64,000 nt of DNA from Antedon mediterranea (taxonomy: Eukaryota > Animalia > Echinodermata): positions 23,047,432-23,111,431 of the forward strand of contig NC_092679.1 of NCBI RefSeq assembly GCF_964355755.1, read 5' to 3'. The translations under genes and the position numbers were made by a program. The notes beneath the pieces were generated by a model. That model worked only from the letters and a program-made list of their open reading frames with translations. It was not told the DNA's origin and searched no databases. Below are positions 23,901-37,400 of this stretch, piece by piece. How positions within the stretch are numbered: position 1 is the stretch's first letter; every line of letters starts with the position of its first letter.

Positions 23901-26900
23901 ATTTCTAAAGTTTACTGTATTATAATCGATATTTATTGATATGTTTAGAGTTACTCAGTTGGTCAACTAAACGAATTTACGTTACAAATTGCACGAGGGA
24001 TGTCTTTTTTGAGTAAAAATAAATATATTCACAGGGACTTGGCTGCCAGAAACTGCATGTAAGTAATGTTAACGATATTTGTTTGCGCCAATTTGCACAG
24101 GAATCAATTTGAAAAACGGACGAGGCTATCGGCACGGTCAACATTGCGTGTAGTTTAAAATGTTCTATAGGTACGTTAGACAACGGTCTAGTAATAAATA
24201 GTAATAATTAATCAGCCTAATAACTAGTAATGACTAATAATAACTAGAAATAATTAGTAAATAATCAATAACCATACTAATTATACTATTAATAATTCTT
24301 TTTTAGGCTGGATGGAGAGAAAGACAGATACACAGTAAAGATTGCCGATTTTGGATTAGCTCGTAAAATTTATAGTTCTAATTATAAAATGAAGAAACTA
24401 ACCAAATTGCCATTCAAATGGCTAGCACCAGAGGCACTAAGATATTTTTCGTTTACAGAGAAAACAGACGTGGTAAGATAAGTTATTGTTTATTTTTTTA
24501 TTTTATTTTTTTTTTACCCATTGTATCATCCTTGACGTTAACATCGCTTTACATCGATTTTCACGTCCACTATGTGGTTTGATACTCATGACGTCTTTGC
24601 AAATGGTAGCTTGGCTCGTTTGCGATATTCTTTTCGTATATAAGTTACAAAACAAACATGAATATTCATTATCCATATCCATAAGGTGTGACGTAATTGA
24701 GCTAACTACAATTTGCTAATGCAAACGCTTTCTGTCGAGCCCTCTGTGTTGTCGAGTGGATTAGACTGTGGACATTTTTTATGTATGGGATTCGAATACC
24801 ATTTTCATTCTAGAAAAACTTCGGCATATCACTACCATATTTGGGCACATCACACATTTATTGTAAAACTAGTTTGATAGTGTAGACAGAGCTTAACATC
24901 TGTATATTCACAGTGGGCATTCGGTGTTACGATGTGGGAAATTTTTTGCTTTGGAGAAACGCCATATCCTGGAGTAGCGAATAGTGAACTGTTAAAGTAT
25001 CTCACAAACGGCGGCCGTTTGCGAAGACCGAATGGATGTCCGGATGAAATGTAAGTAAATAAATGTGAATGTCAAAATCACTCAAAATTTAAATTTTTAT
25101 TCCATAATATTGCTATATGTACCCGTATATCACCGTATTATCAGGGTATCAGGTAAGGGTGTTAGGACAACTTTATTTCGAAAAATAAAAAGGTCGAAAA
25201 ATCAACATTTTTCGACAAAATCTCTGTACAAAATCACCCAAAATATAAACTTTTAAAAAATCAATTTTTATGCCATAATATTGCTATATGTACACGTATA
25301 TTACCGTATTATTACCCTAAAGGTGTTAGGACAACTTTATTTCAAAAAATAAAAATGTCGAAAAATCGGCATTTTTCGACAAAATCCCGGTACTATATAT
25401 AGTACAGGGATTTTTTTCCAAAATCACCCAACATATGAACTTTTTAAAAATCAATTTTTATGCCATAATATTGCTATATGTACACATATATCACCATATT
25501 ATCACCCTAAGGGTGTTAGGACAACTTTATTTCGAAAAATAAAAAGGTCGAAAAATCGGAATTTTTCGACAAAATCCCTGTACTATAGTACCGGGATTTT
25601 TTCCAAAATCACCCAAAATATGAACTTTTTAAAAATCAATTTTTATGCCATAATATTGCTATATGTACACGTATATCGCCATATTATCACCCTAAGGGTG
25701 TCAGGACAACTTTATTTCGAAAAATAAAAAGGTCGAAAATCGGCATTTTTCGACAAAATCTCTTTACTATAGTACAGGGATTTTTTCCAAAATCACCCAA
25801 AATATGAACTTTTAACAAATCAATTTTTATGCCATAATATTGCTATATGTACCCGTATATCGCCATATTATCACCCTAAGGGTGTTAGGACAACTTTATT
25901 TCAAAAAATAAAAAGGTCGAAAAATCGGCATTTTTCGACAAAATCCCTGTACTATATTACAGGGATTTTTTCAAAAAATCACCCAAAATATAAACTTTTT
26001 AAAAATCAATTTTTATGCCATAATATTGATATATGTACACGTATATCACCATATTATCACCCTAAGGGTGTTAGGACAACTTTATTTCAAAAAATAAAAA
26101 GGTCGAAAAATTGGCATTTTTCGACAAAATCCCTTTACTATAGTACAGGGATTTTTTCCAAAATCACCCAAAATATTAACTTTTAAAAAATCAATTTTAT
26201 GCCATAATATTGCTATATGTACACGTATATCACCATATTATCACCCTAAGGGTGTCAGGACAACTTTATTAAAAAAAATAAAAAGGTCGGAAAATCGGCA
26301 TTTTTCGACAAAATCCCTGTACTATAGTACAGGGATTTTTTTCAAAATCACCCAAAATATGAACTTTTTAAAAATCAATTTTTATGCCATAATATTGCTA
26401 TATATACACGTATATTACCGTATTATCACCCTAAGGGTGTCAGGACAACTTTATTTCGAAAAATAAAAAGGTCGAAAAATCGGCATTTTTCGACAAAATC
26501 CCTGTACTATAGTACAGTGATTTTTTCCAAAATCACCCTAAATATGAACTTTTTAAAAATCGCTTTTTATGCCATAATATTGCTATATATACACGTATAT
26601 TACCGTATTACCACCCTAAGGGTGTTAGGACAACTTTATTTCGAAAAATAAAAAGGTCGAAAAATCGGCATTTTTCGACAAAATCCCTGTACTATAGTAC
26701 AGGGATTTTTTCCAAAATCACCCAAAATATGAACTTTTAACAAATCAATTTTTGTGCCATAATATTGCTATATGTACCCGTATATCGCCATATTATCACC
26801 CTAAGGGTGTTAGGACAACTTTATTTTGAAAAATAAAAAGGTCGAAAAATCGGCATTTTTCGACAAAATCCCTTTACTATAGTACAGGGATTTTTTTCCA

Positions 26901-28795
26901 AAAATCACCCAAAATATAAACTTTTTAAAAATCAATTTTTATGCCATAATATTGATATATGTACACGTATATCACCATATTATCACCCTAAGGGTGTTAG
27001 GACAACTTTATTTCAAAAAATAAAAAGGTCGAAAAATCGGCATTTTTCGACAAAATCTCTTTACTATAGTACAGGGATTTTTTCCAAAATCACCCAAAAT
27101 ATGAACTTTTTAAAAATCAATTTTTATTCCATAATATTGCTATATGTACACGTATATCGCCATATTATCACCCTAAGGGTGTTAGGACAACTTTATTTCA
27201 AAAAATGAAAAGGTCGAAAAATTGGCATTTTTCGACAAAATCCCTATACTATAGTACAGGGATTTTTTCCAAAATCACCCAAAATATTAACTTTTAAAAA
27301 ATCAATTTTATGCCATAATATTGCTATATGTACACGTATATCACCATATTATCACCCTAAGGGTGTTAGGACAACTTTATTTCGAAAAATAAAAAGGTCG
27401 AAAAATCGGCATTTTTCGACAAAATCCCTGTACTATAGTACAGGGATTTTTTCCAAAATCACCCAAAATATGAACTTTTTAAAATCAATTTTTATGCCAT
27501 AATATTGCTATATGTACACGTATATCACCATATTATCACCCTAAGGGTGTTAGGACAACTTTATTTCAAAAAATAAAAAGGTCGAAAAATCGGCATTTTT
27601 CGACAAAATCTCTTTACTATAGTACAGGGATTTTTTCCAAAATCACCCAAAATATGAACTTTTTAAAAATCAATTTTTTTTCAATAATATTGCTATATGT
27701 ACACGTATATCACTATATTATCACCCTAAGGGTGTTAGGACAACTTTATTTCGAAAAATAAAAAGGTCGAAAAATCGGAATTTTTCGACAAAATCCCTGT
27801 ACTATAGTACAGGAATTTTTTCCAAAATCACCCACAATATGAACTTTTTAAAAATCAATTTTTATGCCATAATATTGCTATATGTACACGTATATCACCA
27901 TATTATCACCCTAAGGGTGTTAGGACAACTTTATTTCGAAAAATAAAAAGGTCGAAAAATCGGCATTTTTCGACAAAATCCCTTTACTATAGTACAGGGA
28001 TTTTTTCCAAAATCACCCAAAATATGAACTTTTTAAAAATCAATTTTTATGCCATAATATTGCTATATGTACCCGTATATCACAATATTATCACCCTAAG
28101 GGTGTTAGGACAACTTTATTTCAAAAAATAAAAAGGTCGAAAAATCGGCATTTTTCGACAAAATCTCTTTACTATAGTACAGGGATTTTTTCAAAAATCA
28201 CCCAAAATATGAACTTTTTAAAAATCAATTTTTATGCCATAATATTGCTATATGTACACATATATTACCATATTGTCACCCTAAGGGAGTTAGGACAACT
28301 TTATTTAAAACAATAAAAAGGTTGAAAAATCGGCATTTTTCGACAAAATCCCTTTACTATAGTACAGGGATTTTTTCTAAAATCACCCAAAATATGAACT
28401 TTTTAAAAATCAATTTTTATGCCATAATATTGCTATATGTACCCGTATATCACCATATTATCACCCTAAGGGTGTCAGGACAACTTTATTTCAAAAAATA
28501 AAAAGGTCGAAAAATCGGGATTTTTCGACAAAATCCCGTTATAGGGATTTTTCCAAAATAACCTAAAATTAGAATTTTTTTTAAATCAATTTTTATGCCA
28601 TATTTTATTATTTTATCTGAATTTAGGTGGGAAGTAATGCAAAACTGCTGGAGTAAGTCGCCACGTCAAAGGCCATGCTTTGAAATTTTAGAGCAGCGAC
28701 TGGAACAGATATACAACGACCGGTCGTGTAATACGTACATTCCAATACGTAGGAGCTATTTAGCCGTAGGTTTCTATGGTTCTTCCGATGCATAG
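20939..28795 (+). CDS. Receptor tyrosine kinase, TAM (TYRO3/AXL/MERTK)-like kinase domain with a very short ectodomain, 425 aa, 11 exons
   Basis: Exons 20939-21005, 21107-21197, 21497-21645, 22423-22518, 22820-22900, 23227-23316, 23513-23634, 23949-24058, 24307-24472, 24914-25050, 28627-28795 (1278 nt). TM segment WVMAASMGGGVVLIVMLTICCLLI is followed by KRTIRRRK. Kinase motifs IGRGEFGCV, VAVKT, FLREG, PFMKFGDL, HRDLAARNCML, IADFGLAR, LPFKWLAPE, DVWAFGVTMWEI, PYPGV and CW...P..RP.F are all intact. Confidence 0.92.
21721..22043 (+). mobile_element. Full-length tRNA-derived SINE with Deu/Nin-like central domain
   Basis: tRNA-like head with A box TGGCCGAGCGG and B box GGTTCGAG, and acceptor-like pairing gagtgagtg/cactcactc. 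The core tcggataaggactataaaccgtaggtcc...ttaaagaacc...tttcgagacgagtaaggggttaccccggtgt resembles the Deu-domain consensus as I recall it. A-rich tail (caaaaaaa)n. Confidence 0.8.
23075..23179. mobile_element. Short MITE family with TIR aagctctgtctacactatcaaact (internally deleted copy)
   Basis: aaagctctgtttacactat...atagtgtagacagagcttt. Other copies or halves at ~12957-13290, ~13983-14056, ~24826-24894, 49066-49216, 50761-50923 and 56700-56856. Confidence 0.75.
25073..28601. repeat. ~185-bp tandem satellite, ~19 copies, with internal palindromes
   Basis: ccctaagggtgttaggacaac recurs at 184-186 bp spacing. Each unit has the palindrome aaaatccctgtactatagtacagggatttt and the hairpin gtcgaaaaat-cggc-atttttcgac. 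Fills kinase intron 10. Confidence 0.95.
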
Positions 28796-30660
28796 AGAAG
28801 ATGAGACATGAATTATTAGTAGCCGACGAGGGATCAGAAAAGTATTTTGTTCAGTTCCGTGATACAGTGACACATGTTCGTCATATGCTAAACGGTATTG
28901 TTCATCACACATGACACTGTATTTAGACGTTACCTATGATACTAATTATCGAACTTACATAGATAAACTCCGCCATTTTTCTTATTTTCTATATTTTAAT
29001 AAAACCCTCAAAATACGTACTTACAAGTGACAAAATAATAATACTTTACACGTTTTTGGGAATAACGTAATAACAAAATGGCGCACAATCAATACAATCT
29101 TGCGCAGTAGACTATCGTACGCAGACTATCTATGTTACAGACTGGAATTGCATTCGTTTTAAGTTTATACTACTAGAGTATAAAGTCTTTATACCAACTG
29201 GAATATAATGTCTGTACAAAACAAAAATTCAACCCCGCTGCCAACGAAAAAATTTTTCCAAATAATGCTTTAAAATGCCTTTCAGTTAAACAATCCTAAT
29301 TATAAATACAAATAAAATCCATTAACAATTTATTTTTAAAAATCTATAAAATGAAGCAAAAAATCGTGATTCAGTCAATTGATTAAAATCTGAATATGTA
29401 AAGTTCTTATTCAAGTTATATTTACATTAACTTACCAGATTTACTGTAGGACGCCTAGTTTTAGCTTCATGATTCAATTTCTACGACCGCTGATATTCGC
29501 TTACAAACGACCAAGACCAACGTAACTAGGCCTCGATCTAAACTCTGCATTACATTTAATATTTAATTAGAATTTTATTTGTATTAAAATATTTTTACAA
29601 TTAAACTAAAAATATTAACAAAATTGCAATTTTATATAATAGTCCTTAGAATAATATGCACAATAAATTTAAAATAATTACTTTAAATAAACTAAACGAA
29701 ATAATTAATTAAATAAGCCTAGATTACAATACTATTTTAAAAAGTTTTAACTATTTATAGAAGAACAGTTTTTACTACTGTACGTTACAAGCTCATTGCA
29801 ATATAGCTAGCCTAGCATTTAATAAAATTGACGCTATTTATTATAAAAATAATCGTACGTTCAACTATCTGAAATAAACCTAGGCCATCTTTTAAGCGCA
29901 ACTTAGGAGACGATTAATATGCATAAGTGACGTCACGTTAATGATGTCATCTAATATGCTCACTATACTTTTCAATTTTTTTAGTTACGAGCATTTGGTA
30001 AAATATAGAAAAAATATACATTTTTTTACAATAAACTTTTATAAATACAATAGCTCTATTGTGGGCTTCGACACAATCGGTCAAATGGTGTACACGTCAA
30101 TAGCTCTATTGTGGGCTTCGACACAATCGGTCAAATGGTGTACACGTCTAGGCGAATTAATTTATGATAAATGACCAAATCCTAGTAAATTAAACATCTA
30201 TATTACCTAGCTGGGTGCGATTTCTTTTTAGTTCACACTGGCCTAAAGGATTTTTTTTTTATAAATAACATCATATATTTTGGTGCATACGCAATCACGT
30301 TCAATTCAATGATTTCCAACAGATGTCTAAATATGGTCAACAGATGTCTTAATATGGAAATAACACGTCAGCTAACTGAAAGAACAAACAACAAATTACC
30401 TAATAATTATGTTATCATAATTTTTTAATAAAATATTATATTATTATATTATAAATATTCATATCAATATATCATATTCTATATAATACATCATGTTTAT
30501 TTTGAAATCTAATAAATAGTAGTATTGTTATTTTACGAATAACGTTTATGTGAAATCAAATAAGTTGACGATAATTGATAATGAACGATTTTAAAGGTAA
30601 ATCACGAAAACTAATATTTCGGAGTAGCAAACAGAAGTACAGTAGTTTGTATTAGTAATT

Positions 30661-30799
30661 TTAGACGAAATCGGTGTTAGACGAAATCGGTGTTAGACGA
30701 AATCGGTGTTAGACGAAATCTGTGTTAGACGAAATCTGTGTTAGACGAAATCGGTGTTAGACGAAATCGGTGTTAGACGAAATCGGTGTTAGACGAAAT
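30661..30799. repeat. 16-bp minisatellite (ttagacgaaatcggtg)n, ~8.5 copies
   Basis: Direct tandem copies visible in the sequence. Confidence 0.9.
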
Positions 30800-31023
30800 T
30801 GTTAAATTGAGAGAAGTCAAACGATCACACTCTAAACGATAATATAAATAACAAAATCTACATATTAAAGTTGTTGTTTTTGTAAAATGTATTTATTTAA
30901 AAGTATTATCTATTACCTGTTGTTCAAATAGTATGACTGTTCACAAAAGATTTGTGACAGTAACAAACGACTATTTTACCGAGAAAGAACCATCGCTTGC
31001 GTTTTCGCGCGTAGAATACCGGT

Positions 31024-31158
31024 ACTAGGCGAATTTGTTCGCGCGAATCGAAGGCGTCAGCTAATACGCATGCGTAGAGAAGGATTTGGAAGACGTAAAC
31101 ATGAATACACATGCGTACAAGCTGGCGCGTTCGATTCGCGCGAACAAATTCGCCTAGT
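31024..31158. repeat. CpG-rich inverted repeat / MITE remnant
   Basis: actaggcgaatttgttcgcgcgaatcgaa ... ttcgattcgcgcgaacaaattcgcctagt form a perfect 29-bp inverted pair. Confidence 0.75.
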
Positions 31159-31466
31159 GGAAAATCGGCTTAAGAAATACACATTCATTTTCAATGATAT
31201 AATTGTGATGGCGTTACTTACAACCTTATGCTTGATTAGTCTTTTTAAATGACGTAATGAATAAACCGGCATGCATAGGAATAAGGATTTCTACGCGAGT
31301 GTACATTATGAGTAATGGGTTAAGGAGTCCGGTATGCTTCATGTTTTGCAACAAGCCAGAGATTTGTTAATAAAGTACGAATAAATAATTTAACTGATTG
31401 TAGTTGTTTTGTACTTGTCGTAAGAGTATTGACTGACAGAACACAATAATGATCAGTTTCCTTACC

Positions 31467-34400
31467 TTATGCACATTTGTATTCAAGATCGGAGAAGAAG
31501 ACCATAGCCTGTGAGAAGCAGTAAAGACCAATTCTACCTCCTCGAAGCGTAGTGTCATAGAGGTCGCCTGAATCGGCCAGTAGTTTGCTACCTTCATGCA
31601 TGCTAACTCTAGAAAATAAGAGATATTGGTTTTATTATTTAAAATGTCAGTTACAAGAAGTAAGTTTAACCCAATTAAAATCTCTAGATAATAATTGGTA
31701 TCTACATTTCTCCAAAACATCTTGCACAGATGTTTGTGGATCTTTCTTAATATGGAGATAATTAATTCATTACAAGTTTGGCCCTAATATAAAACATAGT
31801 TGACTATAACTGAAGATAATTATTTCTTCTTTCAAAAGAAGTAGACGCTTTTTTTTTATTTGTCCTTATATATGCTTAAACATAGCAGAACCCAAAATAC
31901 TTTTACCAAATCAATGAATGAACATTTTCATGTGCGAAATTATAATCCGGAACCCAACATTATCTGCCAGGCTCACTTGTAAATATATATGTTGACCTAA
32001 CTCATTTACGGGATTATTTTGAGTATGTTTCTTTAAAATGAATGAATGAGGTGCCGAATTTGGGAGAACTCAACTCTGAGATTAGTTTGATTAGTTCATT
32101 TTAATTTACTTGTTTTCCACCTAGCAACAATATGAGAACAGAACATTATAATATAAGTTGGTGTTTAACTGTATATTTAAACAGAAAGCGGCCATTTCCT
32201 TTCAATAAAATGTTGCGTGCAATGGCCAAATAGAACTTTCAAGCAGACAGAAGCTTAATTGAGTATTTAAATAGTTTAATCCAAGATATTAATCTTATTC
32301 ACGCCCCGGAAGATGTCACGCAGTCTTTATGAAAGTGATCGTCCGTTACACAAGCTGTGACAACCAAATAACAAGATTGCACTATAATTGTTTAGCGTAA
32401 TATATCAGGCGTATTTCCTCCCATGCGCAAATTTGAGAGAGGAAATGTATTTTGTGATGTACCCAGTAAGCGACGGACCTGTAGTTATGGACGCACTGTT
32501 ACAGTAAGAGAAAATTCTATATTATAGATAAGGATTAATCTCCACATCAGACGAAAAACATATTATTGTTAGGCCCTATGGACAAAACTCTACAGTTCAG
32601 GACCAACTTCTACAATTACGGACCAACTATTACAGCTAGGGGCCAACCTCTTCAGTTAGGAACAAACTTCTAAAGTTAATAAAATACTTCTACAGTTAAG
32701 AAAAAAAACTTCTACAGTTAGGAAAATACTTCTACAGTTAGGGAAAAATTTCGACATTAAGAAAAAACTTCTAAAGTTTGGGAAAAACTTCTAAACTTTG
32801 GAAAAAAGGAGGAACTTTTAAAGTTAAGGGGCGAACTTCAATTAGGAACAAACATCTACATTTACGAAAATCTACTGTTAGGAAAAACTCTTTCAATTAG
32901 GAACAAACCTCCATAGTTAAAGACAAATATCTAGTTTTTAAAATTATACAGTTAGGGAAACTATGGTACTATTAGGACCAACTTCTTCAGTTTGCATAAA
33001 CACTTAATACAGTTAGGAACAAACTTCTACAGTTAGGAACAAACTTCTACAGTTCATTAGGCACAAACTTATATAATAAAATACACACATGTACATAATT
33101 TACCTTATATATCCATCTACGGGTTTATGCGTTATGCTAAATCGGTAGGCTGTAAAGTCCTTCCAACCAATTTCATTTGGATCAGTCCAGATAAGCTTGA
33201 CCTGGAAATAGATTGAAAACCGTTGAATGATAGACCAATCACAAGTTATATTCAAAGTATTAGGGCCTTGAAAAAGGTACACTCTGTAGGCCTAGCATTA
33301 CACAAGTTTATGTGATGACGTAAGCAATTTGATTGTTGATAGAAAGAGAATATTCTAGACAGCAACAAAGTAAGTTTTGGCTAGAACACAAATGTGGTTT
33401 ATGGCATTAATCCAACTAAATTTTAATTATAAAATATTCCATGGCATCATAAGCGTCATTCATTACAGGTAAATCCCTCTGTTACTGTATGAGACATCGA
33501 CTGTTATGGATAGATATGATTAAGTCTACATTAGTTAATAGGGAAATGGTTCCTCCTCTCTTTAAATTGGAAATAAAAAAAATAATCTCAGGAAAACTGT
33601 CACGTAAAGATAGAGTACAGTATGTTATTTAATACTGTGTATATTTACAAAAAAAATGGACTGTTTTAACCTAACGACGAAACAACTTTCGCTAAGCTGG
33701 AAAAAATCCCAAAATGTTTACATTGGGTTTAAGCTACTACATTCACACGTATCGGAACGAAAGACGGTGCCGTTCAATTCTGTATATGATTTTCCATTGT
33801 TTCCAAAATGTTTTTCGTTCCGTGAAATTGCGAAATGCAGGTTATTGCCTGTTGCACGATCGACGATATAAAAGGATCTACATGTCCATATGAGATATGC
33901 TTGACATAAAACTATGATAATTTACCTGGTTTTCTGTCGTGCCAGTATGCCATAGAGCATTTCTTAAGGCTTCTCCAGGTCCTGTTGTTGAATTTACCAA
34001 CTGCAATGAAAGTTAAACATGGCATTTTATTTATTGTTTGTTTGTTGTATTTGTCTTATTCAAGGAAGGCGTTTATTTTGTTGGGTGTAATATTATAACA
34101 TCTATAATCAAATAAATGCCCCATGATATGAACAAATACAATTAATATCTTATCTATTTATTGTCGTTTAACTTTGACCTTATAAGGTAGTTAATTTTCT
34201 ATTACCAACAAAATTATCAGTACGAATTGTTTATTGTTTATCTAGAAGCCTGACTATTGGAAGTACTATTGTAAATGATACTTATTTTCAATTCAGCTCC
34301 TACATTATGCAAATCAAACGACATTATAACAAACAATCTTAGACAAATCAGTTCAGTTTGCTGCATTTTCTATCAATAGTACTGAGAACGCCATCCAAAC

Positions 34401-37400
34401 CGTGGCGATAATTTCTAAACTAGGCTGAACATGATAAACCAGTCAACCTTAATATTGCTTTTATAACTTAGCTGCCAGAACATAATTGTTTAATTTCCTA
34501 TAATTATAGCGAATAATGTGACTGTCTCTTTCCTATCGACATTTTATCATTTTGTTCGTTTCAAACATTTCAATCATTAGTTTCTATCAATTGTTTCGGA
34601 ATGCGAGTCATCGTTGACGCTATCCCAACCCCGATTAGTTTGTTGATGTTTTTGTTTCTTCCTTTTTCGTTTGTTCGGTAAGCAGATTACAATAGGTTAT
34701 TTGCAGATTACAACAAGTTATCTGCAGAATACAACAGCAACAGCTTAATAAGTTCTAATATTAACCTACCGACTGCTAATCCTGGATCAGAGTTAATGGT
34801 CTGTACGAGTTCTTTGCCGTGATTACGGACCATCCAGAACGGATCATTCTGTACTGTTTGTTCGGTAAGCTTTACGTTTTTTGACGTACCTTAATTTGAA
34901 GTCCTGTTGTTGCTATTGCTTTGAAGGGTGTGTTCTTCCAATACGACTGCTTAACTTGTTTCCACATGACGACATAGAATCTATGACTGGATTGGTAACC
35001 GAAAATAAACCCTGCATAATCATCGTCTCTTTGGATGTTTACATAAAATGTTCCACTAAATCTTACGGCCTCAAACGAATCGTAACCTGAGAGAGAATTT
35101 ATATACATTTATTTTTCTTATTTATTTATTTTATTTAACTTAAAATGAATCAAAATAAATGTAAATAATAATAAAATGTAGTGCGTAATACACCACATAA
35201 GGCATACAAGAATAAATAAAATTAATAACTTAAAATGAATTAAAATAAATAAAATGTGTAATCAGCAGATTAAAACAGGTAATCTGCAGATTACTACAGG
35301 TAATCTGCAGATTACAACAGGTAATCTGCAGATTACAACAGGTAATCTGCAGATTACAACAGGTAATCTGCAGATTTCAACAGGTAATCTGCAGATTACA
35401 ATAAGTTATCTGCAGATTACAATAAGTTATCTGCAGATTACAAAAGGTTATCTGCAGATTACAACAGGTTATCTGAAGATTACAATAAGTTATCTGCAGA
35501 TTACAATAAGTTATCTGCAGATTACAACAGGTTATCTGCAGATTACAATAAGTTATTTGCAGATTACAACAAGTTATCTGCAGAATACAACAGATTAGTT
35601 GCAGATTAGTTACAGCTTAATAAGTTCTAATATTAACCTACCGACTGCTAATCCTGGATCAGAGTTAATGGTCTGTACGAGTTCTTTGCCGTGATTGCGG
35701 ACCATCCAGAACGGATCATTCTGTACTGATCCATAAGGATCCAATCTAACCATCTCGAAGGCAGACAGATCTGTTCGTTGGATGTTAGCGTTTTCTGGGC
35801 AAGCATCAAGGCGGTCTACCACGCCGTCGCCGTCAAAGTCTTCCTCGCAGGCATCTCCACGCCCATTTTCTATAAATACAAACAATAATAACATTAAAAT
35901 GTTGAATTATAAAATATATCATAATAATAATTATTTACAATGTTCATAAATCAATGAATATAGTACATATGATGCATATACCACATTTAATGCATACAAA
36001 AATAGTGTCGAGTTAAATTACATATACAGTCGTTGAACGTAATCATACACAATATGCTGTAGTATGTAGTATGTATGATAGTTATTTTTCCGTTCGTATT
36101 AGAACATTATTAGTTTAATAGATGTTGATACAAATTTGTATTTGTAGATCTAATTAGTTTAGCAATCGATCGTCTGACAGACAATTTAACAATTTCAGTC
36201 AATGTCACTACAGACTACAGACAATTTAACAAGTTAAGTCAATGTCACTACAGACTACAGACAATTTACCAGTATACGTTAATAGATTTAAAAATGTAAA
36301 TAAAACTAAAAGCAAAATTAAATTGTTTAGAATTATAATATCGCATATTAGTATTAAAATGTCCCATTGTGATTAAATGGGTGCATAGACAAGTTACCTA
36401 GGATTTAATATAAGTATTTCTTTGGATTACATAGGTCTAGATTACATAATTATTATTATAGGTTGAAGGTTTCTGAATTAAGAACATCTACAAACACTAC
36501 GGTAAGCAGCAAAATGAAAAGGGAAAATAATATACATGTACATTAGACGTTATAAAAGGATAACTTCGAAATATAACAAAATGTCTTATTAATATGAATG
36601 TCCTCTTAATATGAGTATTGTTTACATATTTCTCTTTTTAATTTCACGGGAACGTGTCACCTTTGTTCCCTGTATAGTTGTCGAACGTAGCGTTACACAT
36701 TTTTTTTCTTTTGTTTCACGGGGAAAGTGTCCCCTCAATAGAGGTTTTCTATCAATAGTTGTTGGACGTAGTTTTACACATGTATTATTATAATTAGGAA
36801 TGTCCTCTGAATAGGGATTATCCATCGTTCATTTCACCATGTGTCCTCTGTATATCGATTTCAAAGCACTTCATCAATCAATCAACAAAACGTTCCAAAG
36901 AGAGGATGCAACAAAAGAAAAAGCGAGCGTCCACCGTAGGTCTTAGCCCGGGAACCGGGAACGGATAGCAATGATTTTGTCAGAGGAGCGACGGCGATGA
37001 GATGGAACGAATCAAGGAACAATTATATCATTATATAGCAAAGATAATAAAATATATAAGCACACACATTATCTTACCGTTTGTATCGTTTTGTGTTGGA
37101 TTGTATACAAGTCGGCAGTTGTCAACATAATCATAATGTCCATCATTATCATCGTCATCATCACAACTATCACCTAAAATATTATACAAAATAGTATATT
37201 CAATTACTGATATAACTTTTTAGAACACCTTCTTTTAAAAAATATTGGTTTATGTTCTGTACTGACGATGTCTATTGCTCATATTATTGTGATCGGAACA
37301 TCGGCTAAATGATTCTGCTCTACTCCAAACTTATTATTTTATGAATTCTAAAACAAATTCAGCAGATATATGGTGGTAGCACTGAACTCTTTCTAAACAT

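Noticed and set aside
25073-28601. Regular repeat with palindromes, superficially CRISPR-like
   Set aside because: Units are contiguous with no unique spacers, there are no cas genes, and the context is a eukaryotic intron.
30048-30148. 50-bp tandem duplication between the convergent kinase and thrombospondin genes
   Set aside because: A simple two-copy duplication with no further structure.
35254-35598. 114-aa ORF with GNLQITT repeats
   Set aside because: Translation of a 21-bp minisatellite antisense within a thrombospondin intron.
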